Positions 49,106 through 57,937 of a DNA stretch of 64,000 nucleotides are shown one piece after another. Source of the stretch: a bacterium. Lineage in GTDB: Bacteria; Patescibacteriota; Saccharimonadia; CAILAD01; BJGX01. The DNA lies in NCBI GenBank assembly GCA_029778565.1, contig JAKOQC010000510.1:18838-82837 (forward strand). Direction: 5' to 3'. Position 1 is the first letter of the stretch; each line of letters begins with the position of its first letter. The translations under genes were made by a program, and so were the position numbers. Under the pieces are notes generated by a model. That model worked only from the letters and a program-made list of their open reading frames with translations. It did not search any database and was not told the origin of the DNA.

Positions 49106-49882
49106 TTATTTACCCCGTGCCTTTTCAAACATTGGGCTATTTACCTCAGACCGATTCTTATACATTTCACTCCACAGCGGAATAACATGTTTTGCCTGCT
49201 CACTTAGATAATCTTCTTTATATCCATTTCTAGCCCACACTTCGCCAGCACCTTCGCCATCTCCATAATAAACTGCAAGCATGGCGATACCCATATCAGA
49301 ATTAATATCTACACCTCGTGCTTTAATATATTTTTCATCTAAATAGTGAATGAGCCAGCAGCCATAGTCGAGATTCTGAGTAACGTCTTGCATGTTATAG
49401 TTTGCTCTATGGCGAAGTCGAGCTATTTCTTGGGCGGTAGAAGGCATTATTTGCATTAATCCTTCAGCGCCAGATGGGTTATTAATATTTTGCCCCATAC
49501 TTTCTTCGGCTACAATTGTTGCTACCAAGTATGGATCGAGCATATAGTCATTCGCTACTTGCTGAATCGTCAACCAGTTTTGCTTTACGCCAGTTGGCCA
49601 CCAAGCAGCTGGTTCTTTGCTCTGCAAGGTTTCTCCTAGCGGTTTTTTTGCCTCAATGGCTTGCTCGGCAGACATATGTTCTGCTTCTGCCCGAGCTGTG
49701 TGAGAATCTTCTGCCGATACTGATATGTCTTGACGTATTGGCTGCCGCTCGGCAACTGCAGCTTGGCCTACACCAGCTACCCCAAGAGCCGTAAGTGCAC
49801 CAACCCCCACAATACCTGCGTTACGGACACGTTTGCGCATATTCTCATCTGGTTCTGGCTCGCGGCGGAGTGGGTTTTCCAT
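49106..49882 (-). CDS. Lytic transglycosylase (SLT domain)
   Basis: AEES, GAEGLMQIMPSTA, NLDYG; N-terminal hydrophobic segment. Confidence 0.88.
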   Translation of the reverse strand: MENPLRREPEPDENMRKRVRNAGIVGVGALTALGVAGVGQAAVAERQPIRQDISVSAEDSHTARAEAEHMSAEQAIEAKKPLGETLQSKEPAAWWPTGVKQNWLTIQQVANDYMLDPYLVATIVAEESMGQNINNPSGAEGLMQIMPSTAQEIARLRHRANYNMQDVTQNLDYGCWLIHYLDEKYIKARGVDINSDMGIAMLAVYYGDGEGAGEVWARNGYKEDYLSEQAKHVIPLWSEMYKNRSEVNSPMFEKARGK

Positions 49883-49897
49883 AAGCACTATTATATA

Positions 49898-50500
49898 TCA
49901 GATTTTAGTAGTAGTAATTTTTACCTTTGCAGCACTGCGTCTACCATAAACAAACAATAGTAGTTCTCCAGGTAAGCCAGCAATAACCGTGTCTTTATCT
50001 GCATGCTTATTTTCTATTGTAAGTACTGCACCTGTCTGTATATTCTCTATCTGCACACTGCCCAAGTCAGCCACCAGGTCTTTGCGAATTTTGGTTATTC
50101 CATGCAGTGCCTTCCAAAGTATTTCACCAGCCTCTTTACTTGGTCTTGGTCGCTGCATTTGTAGTTCACCCCGCAAAATATCTTCATTGTGTATATAAAA
50201 CTCTGCAGTATTAGCTATAGCAGGCATCCACCAAGGGTAATGTGCAAGTTTTTTCAGAATATAGTCATGCCCTTTGGCTTTAATACTGTTAATTTTCTTG
50301 TCGTGAATGTAGTGCAAGCTCGGTAGTACTAACCCAATATCACTGTAGGTACTTCTCTCTCTGGCTACCAAATGAGCAACTATATCTTCTACTGTCCAAC
50401 CGTTACACAACGTCGATGCGTGCCATTGCTTGGGCGAAAGTTTTTGTAATAAATCTAGTGTGTACTGTCGCTCTGCTTGTACAAATTCTTTTTTGCTCAT
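49898..50500 (-). CDS. MDMPI/TIGR03085-like DinB-superfamily metal-binding protein
   Basis: TLCNGWTVEDIVAHLVARE, EFYIHNEDI, GELLLFVYGR. Confidence 0.82.
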   Translation of the reverse strand: MSKKEFVQAERQYTLDLLQKLSPKQWHASTLCNGWTVEDIVAHLVARERSTYSDIGLVLPSLHYIHDKKINSIKAKGHDYILKKLAHYPWWMPAIANTAEFYIHNEDILRGELQMQRPRPSKEAGEILWKALHGITKIRKDLVADLGSVQIENIQTGAVLTIENKHADKDTVIAGLPGELLLFVYGRRSAAKVKITTTKI

Positions 50501-50536
50501 ACCTATATTGTAACCAGAAATGATACAATAATACGT

Positions 50537-50923
50537 ATGAATACAAAAGAAAAAAGCAAACGGCTGGCTGAGTTAGACGAAATGGCTCGATACGTTACCC
50601 AAGAAAAAGGTACCGAGCAACCCTTTACTGGAAAATACGTTAATGAGCATAGTGATGGTACCTACCACTGTGTTGTCTGTGGTCAGAAGCTTTTTGAGTC
50701 TGGTACAAAGTTCGAAAGTGGCACTGGCTGGCCAAGTTTTGATAAAGCTGTACCCGGATCGGTAAAACTTGTTCCCGATAACAGCGCCGGTATGCAGCGA
50801 ACAGAGGTAGTATGTAGCAAATGTGGCGCTCATCTTGGACACATGTTTGAGGACGGACCAAAAGAAACTACTGGTCAACGATTTTGCATTAACAGTTGCG
50901 CGTTAAACTTGGAGAAAAAGTGA
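50537..50923 (+). CDS. msrB: Peptide-methionine (R)-S-oxide reductase
   Basis: GTEQPF, CVVC, SGTGWPSF, CSKC, HLGH, RFCINS. Confidence 0.96.
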   Translation: MNTKEKSKRLAELDEMARYVTQEKGTEQPFTGKYVNEHSDGTYHCVVCGQKLFESGTKFESGTGWPSFDKAVPGSVKLVPDNSAGMQRTEVVCSKCGAHLGHMFEDGPKETTGQRFCINSCALNLEKK

Positions 50924-51471
50924 AGCTTAAGATTATTCTTTCATCGGTACGTCCCGGAAGACTTGGAGAAAGAGTTGCAAAATGGGTATGCAGCGAGCTT
51001 GACACTGCAGGTATTCAATACGATTTGCTCGATCTTAAAGATTACCCGATGCCGTTTGATGATTCATCGATTGAGCCTTTCGATCTTAATGAAAAATACC
51101 CACATAAAATTGTCCAGGCTTGGTCTAAGAAGATTAATGAGGGCAATTGTTATCTAATTATTACTCCAGAGTACAATCATGGTTACCCTGCACAACTGAA
51201 AAATGCTATCGATTGGCTTGGTATGGAGTGGTGGGGTAAGCCGGTCGGTTTTGTGAGCTATTCAACTGGTAGGATGGGTGGCTCGCGAGCCGTTGCTCAG
51301 CTGCGACAAGTATTTATTAACTTTAATATGTACGACATCCGAGCCGAAATAAATCTCCCACAAGCCGATAAAATAATTACCCCCGAGGGTAAATGTAGCG
51401 AACCAGTGCTCGCACAAAACCTACTCAAAACCGTGCAAGAACTCCAAAAACTGGCAGAAAAACTTACATAA
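50920..51471 (+). CDS. NADPH-dependent FMN reductase
   Basis: SVRPGR, TPEYNHGYPAQLKNAIDW, GKP, GGSRA. Confidence 0.92.
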   Translation: MKLKIILSSVRPGRLGERVAKWVCSELDTAGIQYDLLDLKDYPMPFDDSSIEPFDLNEKYPHKIVQAWSKKINEGNCYLIITPEYNHGYPAQLKNAIDWLGMEWWGKPVGFVSYSTGRMGGSRAVAQLRQVFINFNMYDIRAEINLPQADKIITPEGKCSEPVLAQNLLKTVQELQKLAEKLT

Positions 51472-51862
51472 CTTGCGAAAGTTGTTCGAGAAATTTTTTA
51501 TTTGGCTTATATAAAAGTGTTTGCAAACCAGCCTTTTTAGCAGCCGAAATATTATCGCTTAAATCATCTATAAAAAGAACTTGCTCAGGTTTAAGCTCAA
51601 AGCTATTCGCCACCATCTCATAAACATCTGGCTCACTCTTGCTTACTTCTAGCTGCTCGGTTGTTTTAATAAATTGAAAATATTGCTTAAGATTTCTGTC
51701 TTTTGCCCAGTTTTCTAAATCGATATGTACTGCACTTAACAAACCAAACCCATATTTACGATTATTGGCCTGCAAAAACTCTACTATCTCCTCATTAATT
51801 CGATCTTCACGAGGAAAATACAATACATTGTAAAAATCAAACAGAATGAATTTTATTTTCAT
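51464..51862 (-). CDS. HAD-family hydrolase
   Basis: FDFYNVL, KSEP, FIDD. Confidence 0.82.
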   Translation of the reverse strand: MKIKFILFDFYNVLYFPREDRINEEIVEFLQANNRKYGFGLLSAVHIDLENWAKDRNLKQYFQFIKTTEQLEVSKSEPDVYEMVANSFELKPEQVLFIDDLSDNISAAKKAGLQTLLYKPNKKFLEQLSQVM

Positions 51863-53634
51863 AATTCTTCTAATTGCTTAAGCCAATCTTCTACCACAGC
51901 AAAACTACCCTGCCAAAACTCTGGGTCTTCCATATCGATTCCAACATTTTCAAGGATAACGGCAGGGTCCTCAGAGCCTCCAGCTGCCAGTATCTGCTCT
52001 ATTTTGCCAACAAAACCCTCACCCTCGTCTTTGTATCGCTTATATAGAGCCATAGAGAGTAGCTCGCCAAAGCTATAGGCATAGCAATAAAACGGGGTCG
52101 AGAAAATATGTGGGATATACGCCCATTCGTACTGAAACATCTCATCTACTTCTACACTATCGCCAAATTGCTCAGCCAGGTTATTTAGCCATAATGTATT
52201 TAACACTTCTATACTAAAATCTTTTTCGCTCGCGGCATGTGCAGCAATCTCAAACTTCGTAAAATAGTTTTGTCGCATAATAGTTGCATAACTATCAAAG
52301 AGTTTTTCTGCCAGAAGCTGCTTTTTTGTTTGGTTGTCAGATGTGGTTAGGAGAGTTTTTTCGAAAACTACCATTTCGCCAAATGTAGAGGCTGTCTCCA
52401 TAAGGGGTAGATTGGCATGCATAGCACCAATGCTGTGTTTAGAGGCATAGAGCATATGTACGCCATGGCCAAGCTCATGTGCAATAGTAAATTTATCGGT
52501 CATTCTGCCGGCAAAATTTGTCATGACATAAGGAGCAATTTTAGGCCCGATACTCATACAAAACGCACCAGAGCGTTTATTAGCGCGGGGTAAGAAATCG
52601 ACATGCTGTTTTTCGATAATTATTTTGGCATAGTCTGAAAATTGCGGTGAAAACTCGCGAAAATTTTGCAAAACTTGCTCAATAGAGGGTTCTAGCTCGA
52701 TTGTTTGAGTTTCACTACCAAGAGGGGCGTAAAAATCGACCCTTTTCAGCTTAGTTTGGCCCAACTGTTCTGCCTTCCATCGAAATAGACGCTGAAAAAT
52801 TGAGGTATTTTTCTCACAAACACCCAATAGAGTTTCTATCGATTTATCACTGAGGTGATTATCAACATTGCGCATCGAAATGGGTGAAGCATAGCCACGT
52901 AATTTACTTTCATACACCCAATTTTTTACAATTGCTTGGTAAGAGACAAATAGCTTTTCGATATTTTTTTCATATTGTTCAAAACGAGACCGAAATGCCT
53001 CTTGCCTTTCGGCCGGGTCTGCCGAAAAGGTGTATCGATTCAACTCATCTATAGTGTCAATAGTACAGACTTTTTTGCCGGGTGGACAAAACTCAAAACG
53101 AAAATCACTGGTTATCATATTATAAAGATCATTCACTACCCCCACACCATTCGAGTCTTTATTGCGAATTATCAGTTCTTCTTTTTGTGGTAACGAATAC
53201 CCTGCAGCCTTACGACCAAAGTGTAGACCATATTCCAAATCGCCCGCTACCGCAAATAATCGCTTGGCGTTATCATCGTCTAGACGAGGTTTTCCTTCAA
53301 CCTCATTACCTTTTAACCACTGAGAAATGGCTATTGTGGCCGAGCTAAGCTGTAGGTCGAGATTTTTCAGTCGGGTTTTAAGTTGCATTGCCTGTTTATC
53401 TTTAATATCAGCAGACTCCATAAGCATTACCCTACCACCAAGACGAATCATATCTTCATCTATCACCTCATCAAAAGCCAAAAACTCCTCAAATACGTCA
53501 ACGCTCATATCTGGACTAAACATTTCAAAGAACTCGCTATAGCGAGGTAATCGGTTTTCTACATCCTCGAGAAGCTCTCCATAACCCTCAAGCGTTACAA
53601 TATCATCAAGATTCCAAGTTGTGGTTTTTTTCAT
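51859..53634 (-). CDS. pepF: Oligoendopeptidase F (peptidase M3B)
   Basis: KRSGAFC, HELGH, ETASTF, IPHIF..PFYCYAY. Confidence 0.92.
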   Translation of the reverse strand: MKKTTTWNLDDIVTLEGYGELLEDVENRLPRYSEFFEMFSPDMSVDVFEEFLAFDEVIDEDMIRLGGRVMLMESADIKDKQAMQLKTRLKNLDLQLSSATIAISQWLKGNEVEGKPRLDDDNAKRLFAVAGDLEYGLHFGRKAAGYSLPQKEELIIRNKDSNGVGVVNDLYNMITSDFRFEFCPPGKKVCTIDTIDELNRYTFSADPAERQEAFRSRFEQYEKNIEKLFVSYQAIVKNWVYESKLRGYASPISMRNVDNHLSDKSIETLLGVCEKNTSIFQRLFRWKAEQLGQTKLKRVDFYAPLGSETQTIELEPSIEQVLQNFREFSPQFSDYAKIIIEKQHVDFLPRANKRSGAFCMSIGPKIAPYVMTNFAGRMTDKFTIAHELGHGVHMLYASKHSIGAMHANLPLMETASTFGEMVVFEKTLLTTSDNQTKKQLLAEKLFDSYATIMRQNYFTKFEIAAHAASEKDFSIEVLNTLWLNNLAEQFGDSVEVDEMFQYEWAYIPHIFSTPFYCYAYSFGELLSMALYKRYKDEGEGFVGKIEQILAAGGSEDPAVILENVGIDMEDPEFWQGSFAVVEDWLKQLEEL

Positions 53635-53946
53635 ACCTATAATTGTACCGTAGAAGAAGCTAGCGAACCACCACAAGCCGTTTACTCGGTTCGATAAATT
53701 TTAGGCATTTTATTGTGTTTTACAATATTATATATTATAATTATATGCGACTGGCCACCTATGACAGCCAGGGCACAATCAACAAAAAGCAAAAACTAAG
53801 GGCACACATGCAACACCAGCCCAACAAATGTATTCTTCTCGACTCGTCTGCTTGCCTAGACCCATACGGTCAAAGCCCACTAAGACGCACTTCCCGATGC
53901 TTTGAACCCCGTACATTCCCTCCTCAAAGGAGGTGTGTACACCACT

Positions 53947-53977
53947 CCTTCAGACCTAACACGTCTGAAGGCTTTTT
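53947..53977 (+). terminator. Intrinsic terminator on plus strand
   Basis: CCTTCAGAC-N7-GTCTGAAGG-CTTTTT. Confidence 0.7.
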
Positions 53978-53979
53978 AT

Positions 53980-55113
53980 TTAGCGGATACTTTTATAGCC
54001 GCCTGCTACTCCCTTTTTGCTCAGTACAATTTGCCAGAGTTGAGTTTGGCGAGTACGGAACAATGCAGCACAAGTAAGCAAATAGAACTCCCACATACGA
54101 TAAAATCGAATGTCATACTTTTTGTGATCTAGTTTAGGGTAAGATGCTTTAAAGTTGTTATACCAAGCAAGCAAGGTTTTGTCGTAATTTGTAGAAAGAT
54201 TATGCCAATCTTCTAAGATAAAGAGTCCCTCAAAAGCAGCAGCTAATTGTTTTACACTAGGCAAAACACCACCCGGAAAGATATATTTATCAATCCAAGG
54301 ATCGAGACTATGTGTACTCTTGTTTCCGCCAATGGTATGGAGCAACATAATTCCATCATCGGTTAAAATTTCTGCCATACGACGTAAGTATTTTTCATAA
54401 TTCTTTGGTCCAACATGCTCCATCATACCTATTGAGGCAATTCGGTCAAACTTAGTTTTACCTTTATAATCTTGCCAGGTTGAAAGAATTGGTTTTACTT
54501 TGAGACCTTTTGAATGTTTTTTAATATAGGCAATTTGTTCTTTGGCAGGTGTAAAGCAGGTTACATCACAACCATATTTTTCGGCCATATATCTCGAGAG
54601 TCCTCCCCAACCGCAACCTGGGTCGAGTACCTTCATGCCTTTCTTTAGGCCAAGCTTCTGACAAACTAACTCAAACTTATCTTCCTGAGCCTTATCGAGT
54701 GTCTTTGCACCTTTGTCCCAATAGCCACAAGTGTAAGCCATAGTATTACCGAGCATTGGCTCGTAGAGATCGTTACCAATATCATAATGTTTCTGTGCAT
54801 TTTTATATGCTCGCTTGCCCATTTGAAAATTAATGACCGAACCCTTAATAACATAGGCAGCTAAACGCCAATTCTTGGTAACTTTATCGCGCAAATCAGC
54901 CTGAAAAGCATTTTCAAAAAATCTATCAAGCTTATTGGCTGTCCACCAACCATCCATATAACTCTCGCCAATACCGAGGCTACCATGACTTAAAGCCCTA
55001 TCATAAAAACGCTCATCAGTAACTTTAATGTCTTGCGGTCTTTTACCATTTATCTTAACATCGGCTTGAGCTAGCAATTTTTTTGCTAGTTTTTTCTTTT
55101 CTGATTCTGCCAT
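53980..55113 (-). CDS. cfa: Cyclopropane-fatty-acyl-phospholipid synthase / lipid methyltransferase
   Basis: GESYMDGWW, HYDIGND, YTCGYW, LDPGCGWG, GMMEHVG, YIFPGG. Confidence 0.95.
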   Translation of the reverse strand: MAESEKKKLAKKLLAQADVKINGKRPQDIKVTDERFYDRALSHGSLGIGESYMDGWWTANKLDRFFENAFQADLRDKVTKNWRLAAYVIKGSVINFQMGKRAYKNAQKHYDIGNDLYEPMLGNTMAYTCGYWDKGAKTLDKAQEDKFELVCQKLGLKKGMKVLDPGCGWGGLSRYMAEKYGCDVTCFTPAKEQIAYIKKHSKGLKVKPILSTWQDYKGKTKFDRIASIGMMEHVGPKNYEKYLRRMAEILTDDGIMLLHTIGGNKSTHSLDPWIDKYIFPGGVLPSVKQLAAAFEGLFILEDWHNLSTNYDKTLLAWYNNFKASYPKLDHKKYDIRFYRMWEFYLLTCAALFRTRQTQLWQIVLSKKGVAGGYKSIR

Positions 55114-55168
55114 AATATTCCTTTTTTATTGATATTAATATAGCATAATTTTTACAGATTACAACTGA

Positions 55169-56515
55169 TTAAGCTGCTTTGACAGTTTTTTCGTACAGGC
55201 TTGGTTGTAGTTGTTTTGGATCATACTTAGCTTTCACTTTTGCATAAGCCGCACCATTATATATAGCATTAAACTCAGCTTCGGGTAAAAATGTCGAGGA
55301 ATAGAGCATTTTTATACCATTATGCGTAAAGCAATACTCATCCATAATTTTTGTGTTGTGATATTTTTCTGCCCCTTTTTGCTTAACCGCAAAGCTGTAA
55401 CACCCCAAGTTTAAATACAGCTCATTTTTTTCCATAGGATAATTTGTAGCCTTGGCGGATGTCTTAATAAGCGTAATTAACCACGGTCGCCACTCTAAAT
55501 CTACATTATCTAGAGCAAAATCTAACAAAGACTTGGCATGTCGCCACGGTACTTCCCAGTCTTGTATAAGCATTTCGAGATTTTCATCTTCAACCTGATT
55601 TGGTACTTTACCTTTTAATTTTGCTACTAACTTGTTGTAGCGAGTAAAAAACCCTGAGTTGCGAAACCGCTTTGGACTAATTTTTCGATAGAGCTGATAA
55701 ATACCATCTTGTGGAATGTTCCAAAACCACTCTGGGTCGTACCGAAAAATATAATCTTTGGTGGTTAAATCAATCACTCCTTCACGACTAATCTCTTTAT
55801 AAAATAGATTTTTACCATAGATACTTGTCAGTTTATCTGGTTTGTCAATTTCTTCACCGACAGTCATAAACATTCGATTTTTGTTATATACCAAGCTTTC
55901 AATATGTTCGATGTGCTTTTCTTGGCTAGCATCTTTAAGGGCGGTAATTAAATCTTTGGTGTTAGCAATTTTTTTGGTATGCAAGCGCACGTATGGCTTT
56001 ACACTGCGTAATCTTATCTTTGCTCGCAGAATGTATCCCAAACTGCCATACGAATTTGGTAAGGCGTAAAACAGATCTTTGTATTTTCCTCGGCTATCGA
56101 CGGTAACTATTTTGCCGTCTGGCAATAATACATCAGCTTCTATTAAGCCATCGTGCACAAACCCATAGTGGTAACAATTCGACTCAATACCAATGCCTAC
56201 CATCGCGCCACCAATGGTAATATGTTTCAGCTCGGGAGTAATTGTTGGCAAAAAACCATGGGGCAAACAAAAATCCACAATAGATTCATATGTAGTGAGG
56301 CCCTGAACTTCGAGTGTTTGATTTTTGGTATCTATATACAGCGGTTTATTAAACGCTCGTAGATCAACTTCTTTGTATTCGCTTAAGTTCCTGCCTTCAT
56401 ATCGAAAGAGATTAGAAATGGTTTTTTTTCTCACTTTTAGTCGTAAGGTATTACCATGTAGTGCTGCTTTTAAGCTAGCAAGTTGTTGCTTATGTTCTGT
56501 ACGCAAGTCTTTCAT
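55169..56515 (-). CDS. FAD-binding oxidoreductase (Delta24-sterol-reductase/TmsA-like)
   Basis: PELKHITIGG..GIGIES, DLFYALPNSYGSLG, KMLYS, KYDP. Confidence 0.88.
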   Translation of the reverse strand: MKDLRTEHKQQLASLKAALHGNTLRLKVRKKTISNLFRYEGRNLSEYKEVDLRAFNKPLYIDTKNQTLEVQGLTTYESIVDFCLPHGFLPTITPELKHITIGGAMVGIGIESNCYHYGFVHDGLIEADVLLPDGKIVTVDSRGKYKDLFYALPNSYGSLGYILRAKIRLRSVKPYVRLHTKKIANTKDLITALKDASQEKHIEHIESLVYNKNRMFMTVGEEIDKPDKLTSIYGKNLFYKEISREGVIDLTTKDYIFRYDPEWFWNIPQDGIYQLYRKISPKRFRNSGFFTRYNKLVAKLKGKVPNQVEDENLEMLIQDWEVPWRHAKSLLDFALDNVDLEWRPWLITLIKTSAKATNYPMEKNELYLNLGCYSFAVKQKGAEKYHNTKIMDEYCFTHNGIKMLYSSTFLPEAEFNAIYNGAAYAKVKAKYDPKQLQPSLYEKTVKAA

Positions 56516-57069
56516 GTACGCGCACTCCGCATTAACTTTGCCCGAAATTTCTCTTTAGGCAAGTCTGGAAAAATAATTTTAGTTGCACTGGGCTGCTTTT
56601 CGCTATACGTCTTAAAAAGTTTATCCATAAAAAAGAAGTTTATACCAAAGTTAACGGGTTTGTAATGATGAATATCATGTAGCTTAACTAGTTTTTTATA
56701 CCAGCCGTATCGGTTGAGCCAGTAATTTTTCTTATGAAAACTAGCATGAAAAGCACTGGTTACAAACTTGGCATATATTAGCCCCGAGATAATCATAATA
56801 ATACTCCAAGGCCGAGGAACGAGAATATAGGCTGCTACAACCAGTAACAATGCCATAACATACCAACTCCACGAACCAGCTTTGTGGTATTTCTTGCTTG
56901 GGCGTAAATTGGTAGTAGGATAATCTTGCTCGTGGTGTAGCCAGTGTCGATACCGAATGAATTCACCGGCCTTACCCTCGTGTTCTAAAAATCGATGCCA
57001 AAAATAGCCAACAATCTCTACAACCATCGGACCAGCAATCATAAAAAAAATAACAACAAGAAGTGTCAT
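56512..57069 (-). CDS. Fatty acid hydroxylase / sterol desaturase family protein
   Basis: His boxes HRFLEH, HWLHH, HASFH, HDIHH; NFG. Confidence 0.85.
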   Translation of the reverse strand: MTLLVVIFFMIAGPMVVEIVGYFWHRFLEHEGKAGEFIRYRHWLHHEQDYPTTNLRPSKKYHKAGSWSWYVMALLLVVAAYILVPRPWSIIMIISGLIYAKFVTSAFHASFHKKNYWLNRYGWYKKLVKLHDIHHYKPVNFGINFFFMDKLFKTYSEKQPSATKIIFPDLPKEKFRAKLMRSART

Positions 57070-57094
57070 GTAAATATTGTACCAGAATACAAAC

Positions 57095-57201
57095 TGGCGG
57101 AGAGAGTGGGATTGTCGCTAAAGCGACCTCCATTCAGTGCTTGGAAATCAAATAAGTAAACTTATTTGTTTCACTGCGCGCTGAATTCTACCGAACCACG
57201 G
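57095..57201 (-). pseudogene. tRNA-Ser-like 3' remnant interrupted in the T-loop
   Basis: Plus strand TGGCGGAGAGAGTGGGATT (57095-57113), ~78-nt insert, CGAACCACGG; reads as T-arm + acceptor + CCA on the minus strand; no D-arm or anticodon arm found. Confidence 0.7.
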
Positions 57202-57496
57202 TTCTCATAATTCTACTGTTGTTTGCGCCTTAGCTAAAGCTAAGACGTAAACAATGGCGGCCCTTGTGGAGGAAAGGCAGAAATCAATACCTTGGACGAA
57301 CCTATTGCGGATCCTTGAAGACAGATAGTCGCCCATTGCGGCTCTTTCAGCTCACGCGACGATTGAGCCGAGCATCAATCTATCGAGCCGGAGATGACAG
57401 CGGTGGACTACCGAGTTCCCGAGCCATCTCGACCTAACCGCGACCGGTACTGGGAGCTCAATGTTGGTCGGAGTTCCTCGCGATAGTGGGAACGCT

Positions 57497-57529
57497 GCCT
57501 CGGCCTTCCGAACGTCGGAAGGCCGAGGC
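57497..57529. terminator. 15-bp GC-rich hairpin downstream of the small ORF
   Basis: GCCTCGGCCTTCCGA-ACG-TCGGAAGGCCGAGGC. Confidence 0.65.
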
Positions 57530-57538
57530 CTAACCTCG

Positions 57539-57826
57539 CTACTGGCTATCGCAGAAATGAGCCCATTTGGTGAGGATGGTGCGCCAGAGCGAGTCTCTGA
57601 TCAGGTGTTCGATGAAGTCTTCGAGACTCTTGCTACTGTCGGCGAAGATCATCAGTGAGGTGTGTTCGAAACCTGTGAAGACAGGTGTCCAGCCGATGAT
57701 TTGCTCCTGTTCTCCGAGCTTGATGGCGAGGAGTGTAAGGCTGTGCTCGTAGAGCGACTCGATCTGCGATAGGCCGCGGAGAACGTCACTCGCCGTGGAC
57801 GAGCTTACTGGGATCGTACTGATCAT
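57539..57826 (-). CDS. Hypothetical 95-aa protein
   Basis: AGAAAGG SD 6 nt before ATG; promoter upstream and hairpin downstream. Confidence 0.6.
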   Translation of the reverse strand: MISTIPVSSSTASDVLRGLSQIESLYEHSLTLLAIKLGEQEQIIGWTPVFTGFEHTSLMIFADSSKSLEDFIEHLIRDSLWRTILTKWAHFCDSQ

Positions 57827-57937
57827 GGTTCACCTTTCTGTTGCGGGCACCTACCAGAATCGACGTCTGATAGGTGTGACAGCAGAAAGGCAGACCGCTA
57901 CCTCACCTCTGCATTATCCACCGAAGTAGTGGACATT

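Noticed and set aside
53715-54132. Track ORFs 53715-54077 and 53902-54132
   Set aside because: They run through a terminator and antisense into cfa; composition is not protein-like.
1-57260. Genome-wide stop-codon reassignment (code 25 or amber recoding)
   Set aside because: Long ORFs are intact under code 11 and conserved genes end properly at TGA and TAG; only two isolated internal stops were found.
57095-57260. Intact or intron-containing functional tRNA-Ser
   Set aside because: The T-stem is one base short and no variable, anticodon or D arm or 5' acceptor strand follows.
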